Source of the DNA: Clostridiales bacterium DTU073
Lineage (GTDB): Bacteria > Bacillota > Peptococcia > DRI-13 > DTU073
Length of the DNA: 62,841 nt
Reading direction: 5' to 3'
Assembly: GCA_001512665.1 (NCBI GenBank)
Contig: LFSF01000038.1
Coordinates: 104,793-167,633 of the forward strand
Position numbers and translations under genes: made by a program
Notes under the pieces: generated by a model
Seen by the model: the letters and a program-made list of their open reading frames with translations, nothing else
The model's database searches: none
What the model was told of the DNA's origin: nothing
In this document: positions 9,637 through 18,836 of the stretch, piece by piece
How positions within the stretch are numbered: the stretch's first letter is position 1
Layout: the number at the start of each line of letters is the position of its first letter

Positions 9637-9759
9637 GATTCTCGCCTCCGCTAGAAATAAAATACTTGCCAAATTTAACTTAGTAAAAATTATAGCACAA
9701 AGCTCGGCAAAAAGGAATGAGCCTATACGGCTCATTAGTTTTTACCTTTTGTTCATTTT

Positions 9760-9909
9760 TTACCTGTCACGGGCTTCGTCAAATTTTCCCACAAGAGCTC
9801 CGCAAGAAGAACACATCACGAAATGCTCTAATGGTTCTTTCTCATTTATAGAGTGATCCATAATTTGAAAAAAACGATGTTGACATTTTGGGCATGCTCT
9901 TAGGGACAT
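9760..9909 (-). CDS. Small zinc-ribbon protein (49 aa)
   Basis: GGAGG 7 nt before ATG 9909; CPKC...CSSC pair. Confidence 0.6.
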   Translation of the reverse strand: MSLRACPKCQHRFFQIMDHSINEKEPLEHFVMCSSCGALVGKFDEARDR

Positions 9910-10075
9910 AGAAAAACCTCCTGTATTATCATTTCCTTTGCATAAAAAATAGCAGATTACATCTCTACATATCTTTCCCGAAAAAATGGATAAATATAAG
10001 GACAAAGAAGGGGCAATTTATCAAGGAATATTAAAATTACTCCAGACAAATACTATAAGATACGGAGGTGAAGCT

Positions 10076-10243
10076 ATGAGAAAAAATAAAATCAGCTGGG
10101 TGATTGCCGGATTAGGTGCAGCAGTAACAGGAATAGGTTCACTGGTACGCGGACCCTTAGGTTCAGGTTTGAAAGGTTTTGGACTTGCCCATATACTTTT
10201 AGGTACACTGGATATGTTTAGGCCTTCCAAACGTCATCGCTAA
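10076..10243 (+). CDS. Small Gly-rich membrane protein (55 aa)
   Basis: GGAGGTG RBS before ATG 10076; two hydrophobic segments, GFGLAHILLG. Confidence 0.65.
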   Translation: MRKNKISWVIAGLGAAVTGIGSLVRGPLGSGLKGFGLAHILLGTLDMFRPSKRHR

Positions 10244-10319
10244 TTTTCGTTCTACTTTCATCTTGTTATGTTACAATCATTATCTTTCCCATTTTTTATT
10301 TATTGTGAGTTTTATTAAC

Positions 10320-10353
10320 AAATCCGCTTTCATTAGGCTTTGAAAGCGGATTT
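10320..10353. terminator. Bidirectional terminator-like hairpin overlapping the mscS stop
   Basis: AAATCCGCTTTCA / TGAAAGCGGATTT inverted repeat between convergent genes. Confidence 0.55.
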
Positions 10354-11445
10354 TGCCTTTTCAGGATGGTCATAAATTATTTTTCTACTTGGTAAGGCAA
10401 TAGTTACACCTTCTTCTTCTAAAATACCCATTATTTTTAAATTTATATCTTCTTTAACTTGTAAATACTCACCCCAAACAGTAGTTTTGGTGAAGAAATA
10501 CAAGAAAATCATTAAACTATCTTCCCCAAAATTATCAAAACTAACGAAAATAGTTTCTTGATGAACTCCCGGATGTTCTTTTAACATTGCTTTTATTCTG
10601 GAGATACAATTTTCTATTTTTTCTCTGGGTGTTGTAATAGCAATTCTTAAATTAAAAGTGATTTGACGTTTGCCCCTTTTGGACCTGTTATTAATTGATT
10701 CTTTGGCCAAGGTAGAATTAGGAACGGTTACTAATGATTGATCAAAGGTTCTAATCTTGGTACTACGAAACCCCAATTCTTCTACTGTACCTTCCACACT
10801 TGGAGTTTTAACCCAATCTCCTATTGAAAAAGGTTTGTCAAAGACAATGACAATTCCCCCAAAGATATTCGATAAACTGTCTTGAGCAGCTAAGGCAAAA
10901 GCTAAACCTCCTAGGCCCAGACCGGCAATTAAACCATTAATATCATAATCCCACTCTTGCGCAATTATGGTTATGGCAATTAAAACTAGGATAATCTTAA
11001 TAAATTTAGAGATAAAAGAGAATAGTATTTTATCGAGTTGGATATTGGCTTTATCTTGAATCTTTTTAAATAGTACAGAATCCACATCAGATAAATCATA
11101 AAGTCCCCAAGTAAACAAAAAGACCAAGACAGTACGAAATAATTTACTGATTAAAATCTGCTTCTCCAAAGATAATGGGAAACAATTTATAGCAAGATAA
11201 AAACCGAGAATTACAAAAAAGAATTGCATGGGTTTTTTAAAAGAAAGTAATATTTTTTCGGCCAGCTCCAAATGGGTATGAAAAAAAACCTTTAAAAGGA
11301 GCTTAAAAATAACCTCTGTAAAGAATTTTTTTGTAACTAAAAAAAAGAGAAACACAAGTAAAGCTAAGATAAAATTTTTTAGAAAAAGAGGTCCCATAAT
11401 TAAGAAGTTTTGGAGCAAATCCATGAAACTATGAAAGAATTCCAA
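10333..11445 (-). CDS. MscS-family small-conductance mechanosensitive channel
   Basis: AGLGLGGLAFALAAQD, KPFSIGDW, GFRSTKIRTFD and VPNS motifs. Confidence 0.9.
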   Translation of the reverse strand: MEFFHSFMDLLQNFLIMGPLFLKNFILALLVFLFFLVTKKFFTEVIFKLLLKVFFHTHLELAEKILLSFKKPMQFFFVILGFYLAINCFPLSLEKQILISKLFRTVLVFLFTWGLYDLSDVDSVLFKKIQDKANIQLDKILFSFISKFIKIILVLIAITIIAQEWDYDINGLIAGLGLGGLAFALAAQDSLSNIFGGIVIVFDKPFSIGDWVKTPSVEGTVEELGFRSTKIRTFDQSLVTVPNSTLAKESINNRSKRGKRQITFNLRIAITTPREKIENCISRIKAMLKEHPGVHQETIFVSFDNFGEDSLMIFLYFFTKTTVWGEYLQVKEDINLKIMGILEEEGVTIALPSRKIIYDHPEKAKSAFKA

Positions 11446-11542
11446 AAAAACAAACCACCTTTCATCAATCTTTTATGCTTAATTTTTTATATTTTCTTCT
11501 ACATAAATTTAACAAACCCTGCTAGAAATCAAGAAAGCCTAT

Positions 11543-12517
11543 CTAATCACCTACTCGATAAATGTCCTGCCAGGTAATTAACATCAAATCATTACGAGTA
11601 ACATGAAGTTGATTAACTAAACGGACTGCCTGCTGACGAATAGCTTTTTCAATTAAATTTCTTACTAATCGGGCATTACCATTGTGTTCTTTCCTGATAA
11701 ATATTTTTTTAATTAAAACACTTTCTAACTCCTTTTTTGCCTCCTGCGACAATTGATATTCTCTTTTATGTAACATTTGTTCGGCTATAGCTAGTAATTC
11801 TACAATACTATAGTCTGGAAAATCGATATGTAAAGGAAAACGAGAACGTAATCCGGGATTTGTTTCCAAAAACCACGTCATTTCCTCTTTATATCCGGCG
11901 AGAATAAGAATTAAATTATCTTTATAATCTTCCATAGCTTTAACTATGGTATCTATCGCTTCTTTACCAAAATCTTTTTCTCCGCCACGGGCTAAAGAAT
12001 AAGCCTCATCAATAAAAAGGACACCACCTAAAGCATTTTTGATTTGTTCACGGGTTTTTATCGCAGTATGACCGATATATTCGCCTACCAGATCTGCTCT
12101 CTCTAACTCTATAACATGTCCCTTTTTCAACAGCCCCATTTCTTTAAAAAGATTACCCATAATGCGAGCAACAGTAGTTTTCCCCGTACCGGGATTACCG
12201 CTGAAAATAGCATGAAGAACTAGTGTATCATTTAATAAATTCTCTTTTTCTCTTCTCCTTTGAATCTCTATATAGGCCTGCAATTCATAAATTAGACGCT
12301 TCACCGAATCTAACCCGATTAATGAATCTAATTCCTGTAAAATTTCCCTAACTTTTTCGGAACGTTGAGCATTCAGATTATTTTGAGCTTTGTTTTTTTC
12401 CGTATTTTTATATAAATAGAGACCGGACGTATTCTTTGAGGTTTTCACCGGATTATTAATGACCAAATGGGGTGTTTCAACCTTATGTTGCGGATGAAAA
12501 GAAAGACGAATAGACAA
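11543..12517 (-). CDS. spoVK: Stage V sporulation AAA+ ATPase SpoVK
   Basis: GNPGTGKT, RADLVGEYIGHTA, FIDEAYSL, NPGLRSRF; follows hfq; TTG start inferred. Confidence 0.9.
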   Translation of the reverse strand: MSIRLSFHPQHKVETPHLVINNPVKTSKNTSGLYLYKNTEKNKAQNNLNAQRSEKVREILQELDSLIGLDSVKRLIYELQAYIEIQRRREKENLLNDTLVLHAIFSGNPGTGKTTVARIMGNLFKEMGLLKKGHVIELERADLVGEYIGHTAIKTREQIKNALGGVLFIDEAYSLARGGEKDFGKEAIDTIVKAMEDYKDNLILILAGYKEEMTWFLETNPGLRSRFPLHIDFPDYSIVELLAIAEQMLHKREYQLSQEAKKELESVLIKKIFIRKEHNGNARLVRNLIEKAIRQQAVRLVNQLHVTRNDLMLITWQDIYRVGD

Positions 12518-12630
12518 ACCTACCACCACCTTCAATGAAACAAATCACTTAACAATTCAAATTATGCGAAATAAAGCTAATGGTGCTTGGTAGGTTTGTA
12601 TCAGTCTTATTAAATTATATTTTGAGATCT

Positions 12631-12873
12631 TTACTGCGCTTCATTAGAGTCTTGGTTAAAATTAATCGCTTTTAAAGGTGAAATAGTAGAAATAGCATGT
12701 TTATAAATTAATTGCTGCTTCCCTTCTACGTCTAAAATAACTGTAAAATTATCAAAGCCCTTAACACTTCCTTTTAACTGAAAGCCATTAATTAAAAAGA
12801 TGGTTACGGGCACATTTTCCTTCCTAATTTGATTTAAAAAATTATCCTGCAGATTAATTTGTGGTTTAGTCAC
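12631..12873 (-). CDS. hfq: RNA chaperone Hfq
   Basis: [27 protein letters not shown]. Confidence 0.97.
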   Translation of the reverse strand: MTKPQINLQDNFLNQIRKENVPVTIFLINGFQLKGSVKGFDNFTVILDVEGKQQLIYKHAISTISPLKAINFNQDSNEAQ

Positions 12874-12929
12874 TCAAATCCCTCCAATTTTCAGTTCGAA
12901 ACTCAAAAACTTCATTTATTTATTCTCCA

Positions 12930-13871
12930 TTATAGACTAATAGTCCTGCCAATAAAATCCATTATTTCTGAAGTCAATTTTGCAAAATTTTGCTCAAGAT
13001 GGTCAGCAGCAAACCATTTTATTCTCTGGTCACGTCTAAACCATGTTAATTGGCGTTTAGCATAACGCCTTGTTTCCTGTTTAATTAATGCCACTGCTTT
13101 CTGTAAATCATACTCTCCGTTTAAATAACCACATAATTCACGATAACCAATACCTTGCATTGCAGGTAAATCCGGAGAGTATCCTTTTGCCAAAAGCCCT
13201 TTCACCTCCTCTAATAATCCTTCAGCCATCATTTGCTCAACTCGCTTCTCAATTCTTTGATATAACAAAGAACGATCTAAAGTTAAACCGATCATAGCTA
13301 AATTATATAAGGATTCTTTTTGCTTTGTTGCTTTTTTATTTTCGGAAATAGGTTTTCCTGTTAGATGATAATATTCAAGGGCTCTGCAAACTCTTTTTCG
13401 GTCATGTGGATGGATTTTCTCAGCAGAAACCGGATCAACATTGCGTAAAAGCTGAAATAAATGATCTTCACCTTTTTCCTCTGCTAAGGCGTAAAGCTTA
13501 CGCCGATAGGGCAAAATATCTTTTTGTTCAGTAAACTCATAAGGATCGATCACTGCTTGGATATATAAACCTGTACCGCCTACTAAAAAAGGAAGCTTGC
13601 TTTTACCCGCAATCTCAGAAATTTTATTTCTGGCCAAGCTTTGAAAATCTGCCACACTAAAAGGCTCATCAGGGTTTTTAATATCAAGAAGATGATGAGG
13701 GATTCCTTTAGTTTTTGCAGGTTTTATCTTAGCTGTACCAATATCCATGCCCCGATAAATCTGCATCGAATCAGCAGAGATGATTTCTCCACCCATTTTT
13801 GCTGCAAGTTCAACAGCAATTTTTGTCTTTCCGGATGCCGTGGGTCCAAGAATTACCACTAAAGGATGCAA
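12930..13871 (-). CDS. miaA: tRNA dimethylallyltransferase
   Basis: GPTASGKT, DSMQIYRGMDIGTAK, VGGTGLY, YAKRQLTW. Confidence 0.97.
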   Translation of the reverse strand: MHPLVVILGPTASGKTKIAVELAAKMGGEIISADSMQIYRGMDIGTAKIKPAKTKGIPHHLLDIKNPDEPFSVADFQSLARNKISEIAGKSKLPFLVGGTGLYIQAVIDPYEFTEQKDILPYRRKLYALAEEKGEDHLFQLLRNVDPVSAEKIHPHDRKRVCRALEYYHLTGKPISENKKATKQKESLYNLAMIGLTLDRSLLYQRIEKRVEQMMAEGLLEEVKGLLAKGYSPDLPAMQGIGYRELCGYLNGEYDLQKAVALIKQETRRYAKRQLTWFRRDQRIKWFAADHLEQNFAKLTSEIMDFIGRTISL

Positions 13872-13925
13872 CCTTAATCTCCCTTCTTTCTATTTTTACC
13901 ATTTTTACTTCATTTTATTTTTACT

Positions 13926-15812
13926 TTAGAAACGATGAAAAGCTTTAAGTATTTCTCGATTAGTAATTTTAAAGATAATCGGTCGCCCATGCGGACAAGT
14001 TAAAAAATTTTGGGCATGACTTAAATCGTACAGAAGATGTTCCATCTCCTGCAAAGAAAGTTTTGTATTAGCTTTAACTGCCATTTTACAGGAGGAATGG
14101 ATGAGAAATTCTTTTTTGATATCAAGTGCATCAGTTTTACCTTTACTGTTTTCCAGATGTTCGAGTAATGAATAAAAGAAATCTTGTGGTTCTTCCTGAA
14201 CACCTGAGGGAATGGCTCTGAGGAGATAACTTCTCGGACCAAAATGTTCAATGATAATCCCTAAATCCACTAAAGGCAAAATATACTTGAGTACAGCTTC
14301 CTCTTCTAAAAGAGTAAAATGCAATGCTACAGGATTTAGCAGTACCTGACTTTCCAAGCCCCCCTTAGTTGCTTGTTCCTGTAGTCTTTCAAAAATCACC
14401 CTTTCGTGAGCGACGTGCTGGTCAATTATATATAAACCTTCGTCCCCTTCCACTAAAATAAAAGTTTTCCTAAATTGGCCAATCACTTGACATGATTGCA
14501 AGTTAAGGGTTTGTGTTTGATTTTCCTTAACTTCGACCTTAGCATCGGTTCTAATTGCAGTCTCAGGACTAGCTGCAGTTATAGCTTCAGTACCGGTCTC
14601 AATTACAGTTGTATTATTTGTTACCGAGATAAGCGCATCATTAGGTTGAGCGGGAAGAGGCTCAGGCTGCTCCCAAGCATAAAAATTATGAAAGATTTCC
14701 TGCACACCCTTGCCTATACTCCCTCTACTGTCTTTAGTTTCCGCTTTTATTTCACTTTTAGTTTTAGCTTTTGTTTCAGAAACCTCTAAAAACTCCTCCG
14801 GTTCGATAATATACCGAGGTATTTTTTGCTGTTTGATTAATTCTTCCTGAAGAATGATACATAATTCTTTTACTACAAGAGGATTACGCAGTCTCACTTC
14901 TAATTTACTGGGATGTACATTTACATCAATAGATGATGGGTCTAAAGAAAGATTAAGAACACAAAGAGGAAACAAACCCTTAGGAAGAAGATTTTGGTAG
15001 GCCTCTTCCACAGATTTGCTTAACTCTTTAGCATATACACGCCGTTGATTAATAAAAAAGTGCATTGCTTTTCTATTGGTTCGATGATAAGTAGGTAAGG
15101 TAATATACCCGGAAACCTTACCACATGACAGTTCTTCATTAACCTTAATCAAAGCTTCATTTACATTATTGCCATAAAAATATTCCAACAAATCAGGATG
15201 CGACATAATTCCTGTCGTATTTAGAACCTCTTTTCCATCGCGAAGTAAGCGAAAATCTATTTCAGGATGACTTAGGGAAAATTGCATCATTAATTCGTGA
15301 ATCAATCCACACTCATATTTTTCGCTGCGTAAAAATTTTTTACGGGCAGGAGTATTAAAAAATAAATCAGAAACAATAATCGTTGTCCCAACAGGAGTTC
15401 CGACCGGTTCCAATACAGGATCTTGATCACCGGCAACGGAAAGTTTAACCCCGTAATCAGACGTATGTTCTCTTGTTAGTATTTCAACTTTTGCTACAGA
15501 GGTGATACTGGCCAAGGCTTCACCCCGAAAGCCTAAACTTTGTAATCTGTCCAAATCGCTTATATTCTTAATTTTACTGGTAGCATGACGTTTAATGGCC
15601 ATAATTACATCTTCTTTAGACATACCACAACCATCATCAATAACTTTAAGCAGTTCCAATCCGCCATTGATTATTTCCACTACTATTTTTTTTGTACCGG
15701 CATCTAAAGAATTTTCCACCAGCTCCTTTACTACAGAAGCCGGTCTCTCAATTACTTCGCCTGCAGCGATTTGATTGGCAGTTAATTCATCAAGAAGGTG
15801 TACCTTGGACAC
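13926..15812 (-). CDS. mutL: DNA mismatch repair endonuclease MutL
   Basis: IAAGEVIERP, GFRGEAL, DQHVAHER endonuclease motif, CPHGRP; GTG at 15812 follows a GGAGG RBS. Confidence 0.97.
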   Translation of the reverse strand: MSKVHLLDELTANQIAAGEVIERPASVVKELVENSLDAGTKKIVVEIINGGLELLKVIDDGCGMSKEDVIMAIKRHATSKIKNISDLDRLQSLGFRGEALASITSVAKVEILTREHTSDYGVKLSVAGDQDPVLEPVGTPVGTTIIVSDLFFNTPARKKFLRSEKYECGLIHELMMQFSLSHPEIDFRLLRDGKEVLNTTGIMSHPDLLEYFYGNNVNEALIKVNEELSCGKVSGYITLPTYHRTNRKAMHFFINQRRVYAKELSKSVEEAYQNLLPKGLFPLCVLNLSLDPSSIDVNVHPSKLEVRLRNPLVVKELCIILQEELIKQQKIPRYIIEPEEFLEVSETKAKTKSEIKAETKDSRGSIGKGVQEIFHNFYAWEQPEPLPAQPNDALISVTNNTTVIETGTEAITAASPETAIRTDAKVEVKENQTQTLNLQSCQVIGQFRKTFILVEGDEGLYIIDQHVAHERVIFERLQEQATKGGLESQVLLNPVALHFTLLEEEAVLKYILPLVDLGIIIEHFGPRSYLLRAIPSGVQEEPQDFFYSLLEHLENSKGKTDALDIKKEFLIHSSCKMAVKANTKLSLQEMEHLLYDLSHAQNFLTCPHGRPIIFKITNREILKAFHRF

Positions 15813-15838
15813 AACACACCTGCCCCTCCTTTTTTGCA

Positions 15839-17164
15839 TCATTTACCAGCTTGTTCCATTAAATATTGATCATTCTTTTTATCTTGTAAGTAATAGTAAT
15901 CATATACTTTTTCCTTTGTTTCCTTTTGCCACAATTCATAGCCAAATTCTTCACATTTTGAGCAAGCATATATGGGAATACTAATTCCTTTAATACCACA
16001 ACTCCTGCTAAAAGTTTTATCACTTTCTGAAATCACTTGATAAATACCGGGACAATCCGGACAATAATAAACAAATTCTTGCTGCTGCTCGCGAATATTG
16101 TCTGTATCATAATAAATATTACGGCTGCGATTATAAAGCATCTTTCCGGAAAACAGTTGTTCTTTGTCGGGAGGATTTGCAGAAAACATATTTTGCCAAT
16201 AGTTTATTAATCTGTCTATGTAGTTAGTAGTATCAGCAGTTTGCTTAAGCTCTTCCCGCCGATAATAGGGTTCAACAACCTTACTGTAATCTTGACCTGC
16301 CAAAGCCAGCAGAATACCTAAATTTACATACGGTAGAGCTGTTTCAATGGCATAACCACCTTCTAAGACAGCCAAATCAGGTTTTAATTCTTCAGTGATT
16401 TTCGCATATCCTTGGCTGCTAACCAGCATATTGGCAAGAGGATCAGTGAAATGATTATCCTGACCGGCGGAATTAATTACTAATTCCGGAGCAAATTTTT
16501 TTAATAACGGGCGGACTATTTTCCGCCACACTTTAAGAAAACCCTCATCAGTTGTACGCGGTGGGAGCGGTATATTAATATTGCTTAAATATGCACCCGG
16601 TCCACCTGCTTCTTCAACAAATCCTGTACCCGGATAAAGGGTGCGTCCATCCTGATGCAACGAAATAAATAAAACGTCAGGGTCATGATAAAAAATATCC
16701 TGTGTACCGTCACCATGATGTACATCCGTATCAACTATGGCAATCTTTCTGATGTTATATTTCTTGCGGAGGTATTCAACAAGAATAGCTTCATTATTGA
16801 TATTGCAAAAACCCCTGTTGCCATGCACAACCCGCATAGCATGATGCCCGGGGGGACGAACTAAAGAAAAGCCATTTTTTATTTCCCCCGCCATAAGTGC
16901 ATCACCTAATTTAAGCGCACTTCCGGCAGAAATAAAATGTGCAGAGGTAGTTTGTGTTTCCACATTAGGTACACAAAAATGCACTCTTTGAATATCCTTT
17001 TCTTCAGCAAGGCGAGGTGTATATTCAACAATATTACTATTGTCCAGAATACCTTCTTCAAAAATCTGATCTCTGGTATATAAGAGACGCTCTTCCCGTT
17101 CAGGATGAGTGGGGCTAATAGCCCAATCAAAGGCAGGGAAAAAGACTAATCCTGTCTTACCCAT
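15839..17164 (-). CDS. Histone-deacetylase-family amidohydrolase with C-terminal CxxC...CxxC extension
   Basis: RPPGHHA, GFC, DTDVHHGDGTQ, SAGQD and LEGGY motifs; tail contains CPDC and CSKC. Confidence 0.9.
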   Translation of the reverse strand: MGKTGLVFFPAFDWAISPTHPEREERLLYTRDQIFEEGILDNSNIVEYTPRLAEEKDIQRVHFCVPNVETQTTSAHFISAGSALKLGDALMAGEIKNGFSLVRPPGHHAMRVVHGNRGFCNINNEAILVEYLRKKYNIRKIAIVDTDVHHGDGTQDIFYHDPDVLFISLHQDGRTLYPGTGFVEEAGGPGAYLSNINIPLPPRTTDEGFLKVWRKIVRPLLKKFAPELVINSAGQDNHFTDPLANMLVSSQGYAKITEELKPDLAVLEGGYAIETALPYVNLGILLALAGQDYSKVVEPYYRREELKQTADTTNYIDRLINYWQNMFSANPPDKEQLFSGKMLYNRSRNIYYDTDNIREQQQEFVYYCPDCPGIYQVISESDKTFSRSCGIKGISIPIYACSKCEEFGYELWQKETKEKVYDYYYLQDKKNDQYLMEQAGK

Positions 17165-18833
17165 CTGACCTCTCCTCCTTAATAAAGGTTCTGATCCCAG
17201 GAACTGTTTGCAAACCTATTTGAAAAATTCTCCCTTTGGTCTGCCAGTCTCGAACTATATTAAATCCTTCTTCATACAAAGTTTCAATAGGCATATCTTT
17301 GGCCAAATTCCATTCTTTTGCTGTAGCTTTAAAAACCATTAAGAAAAATTTTTTAGCTTCTTCCACATGTTTTAGCGGTTGAAGCAATGTACCCTGTAAA
17401 CCGCCAATATTCGTAGAATAAGTCTTTCTCTCCGTATCTGCAAAAAAATCCACTTTTAAAGTAGGTTTTGCTAACGCCGCACCAATCGCATTAGCTACCG
17501 CATAATGCTGCGGAATAATGACCTGCCATTTTTTCTTTTCTGCCCAATACTTACCGATGCCCCCAGACGGTCCTCCCAAACAAAGCAAAGTTTGCGGGCG
17601 TTGCTTCTTGGCCGCTAGAACTTGCCAAATCCGATAAGCAGGTTCCTCCTCCCAAGCATGAAACATAGCTTCTAATTTCGCTTCTAACTGTTCTACAAAC
17701 AACTCTAAAACCTGTTCGGAAAATTGTTCAGGGGTAAGTTGTAATTCTGCAGCAATTGCTTCGACCTGTTCTTTAATCAAATCCCGGGAAGCAATTGTAC
17801 TATAACCACTATACACCAGAATATCAGTAACAGTAAGCGTGGGACCACCTACACATAATGCTGGCCCCTGTCTTTTCGTAAAACAAATTTTCCCCTCCTC
17901 TATGGTTATAGAGGTGTCTCCACCTAATTCTAGAGAAGCTACGGCTAGTGAACGCACCGGAAGAGGATAATTATTAATAGATGCCCCTCTTTCCGCCAAG
18001 AGTGGTTTTCCCCGTAAAAGCAATGCTAAATCTGTAGTTGTACCGCCAATATCAACTACAACAGCCGTCGCTTTTTCATCTAAACAAGCCAGCGAACCGA
18101 GCGCACTGGCCGCGGGTCCGGAAAAGATTGTTTCTAAGGGATAACGCAGGGCAACATTAATAGGTAATGTTCCTCCGTCAGCTTTTAACATATAAACAGG
18201 GCAATCTAAACCTAACTTGGTGAGAGTATTATTTATATATTTTTGAAAAACATGACTGGCCTCCCGTGTTGCCAGAGTATAGAAAGCACCATTTGCTCTG
18301 CGTACCCAATTCAATAAACCACTTACTTCATAACTAGCTAAAACCTTCACTTGAGGATAGTATTTTTGAATATACTCTACGATTTGCTTCTCTAAGGAAG
18401 AATTTCTTTGACTAAATTTACAAGCAACAACTAAATGGTGAATGTTCTTTTCTAAAAAATATGTACAGGCTTCCTTTACTTCATTTAAATCTACAGACTC
18501 TATTACTCTGCCTCGATAGTCAACCGCACCTCGTAACACTCTATAAGGGCCGGCAAAGTTAAGCTGTTCTGGATTAGCACCCGGGCCGGGAAGCAAAAGC
18601 ATCCCCGTTTGCGGTAATCTTTCTTGTGTAATCAAATTAGTGATTAAAGTAGTACTCAAGGTCACCTGTTCTACCTTTTGCGGATCAAGGTCCGTTAATA
18701 TTTGTTTTAAAGCTTCTTCTATGGAAAACGAGATTTCTTCATCTGTCCGAACTTTAACTGCTTTAATTACTTCCTGTCCGGAGATAACTACTCCGTCAGT
18801 AAAAGTACCGCCAATATCAATACCTATTAACAA
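17157..18833 (-). CDS. Hydantoinase/oxoprolinase A-subunit-like ATPase (ASKHA fold)
   Basis: GIDIGGTFTD, SGPAAS, DIGGTTTD, GP..GGP.TVTD and ANAIGAA motifs. Confidence 0.9.
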   Translation of the reverse strand: MLIGIDIGGTFTDGVVISGQEVIKAVKVRTDEEISFSIEEALKQILTDLDPQKVEQVTLSTTLITNLITQERLPQTGMLLLPGPGANPEQLNFAGPYRVLRGAVDYRGRVIESVDLNEVKEACTYFLEKNIHHLVVACKFSQRNSSLEKQIVEYIQKYYPQVKVLASYEVSGLLNWVRRANGAFYTLATREASHVFQKYINNTLTKLGLDCPVYMLKADGGTLPINVALRYPLETIFSGPAASALGSLACLDEKATAVVVDIGGTTTDLALLLRGKPLLAERGASINNYPLPVRSLAVASLELGGDTSITIEEGKICFTKRQGPALCVGGPTLTVTDILVYSGYSTIASRDLIKEQVEAIAAELQLTPEQFSEQVLELFVEQLEAKLEAMFHAWEEEPAYRIWQVLAAKKQRPQTLLCLGGPSGGIGKYWAEKKKWQVIIPQHYAVANAIGAALAKPTLKVDFFADTERKTYSTNIGGLQGTLLQPLKHVEEAKKFFLMVFKATAKEWNLAKDMPIETLYEEGFNIVRDWQTKGRIFQIGLQTVPGIRTFIKEERSDG

Positions 18834-18836
18834 AAA

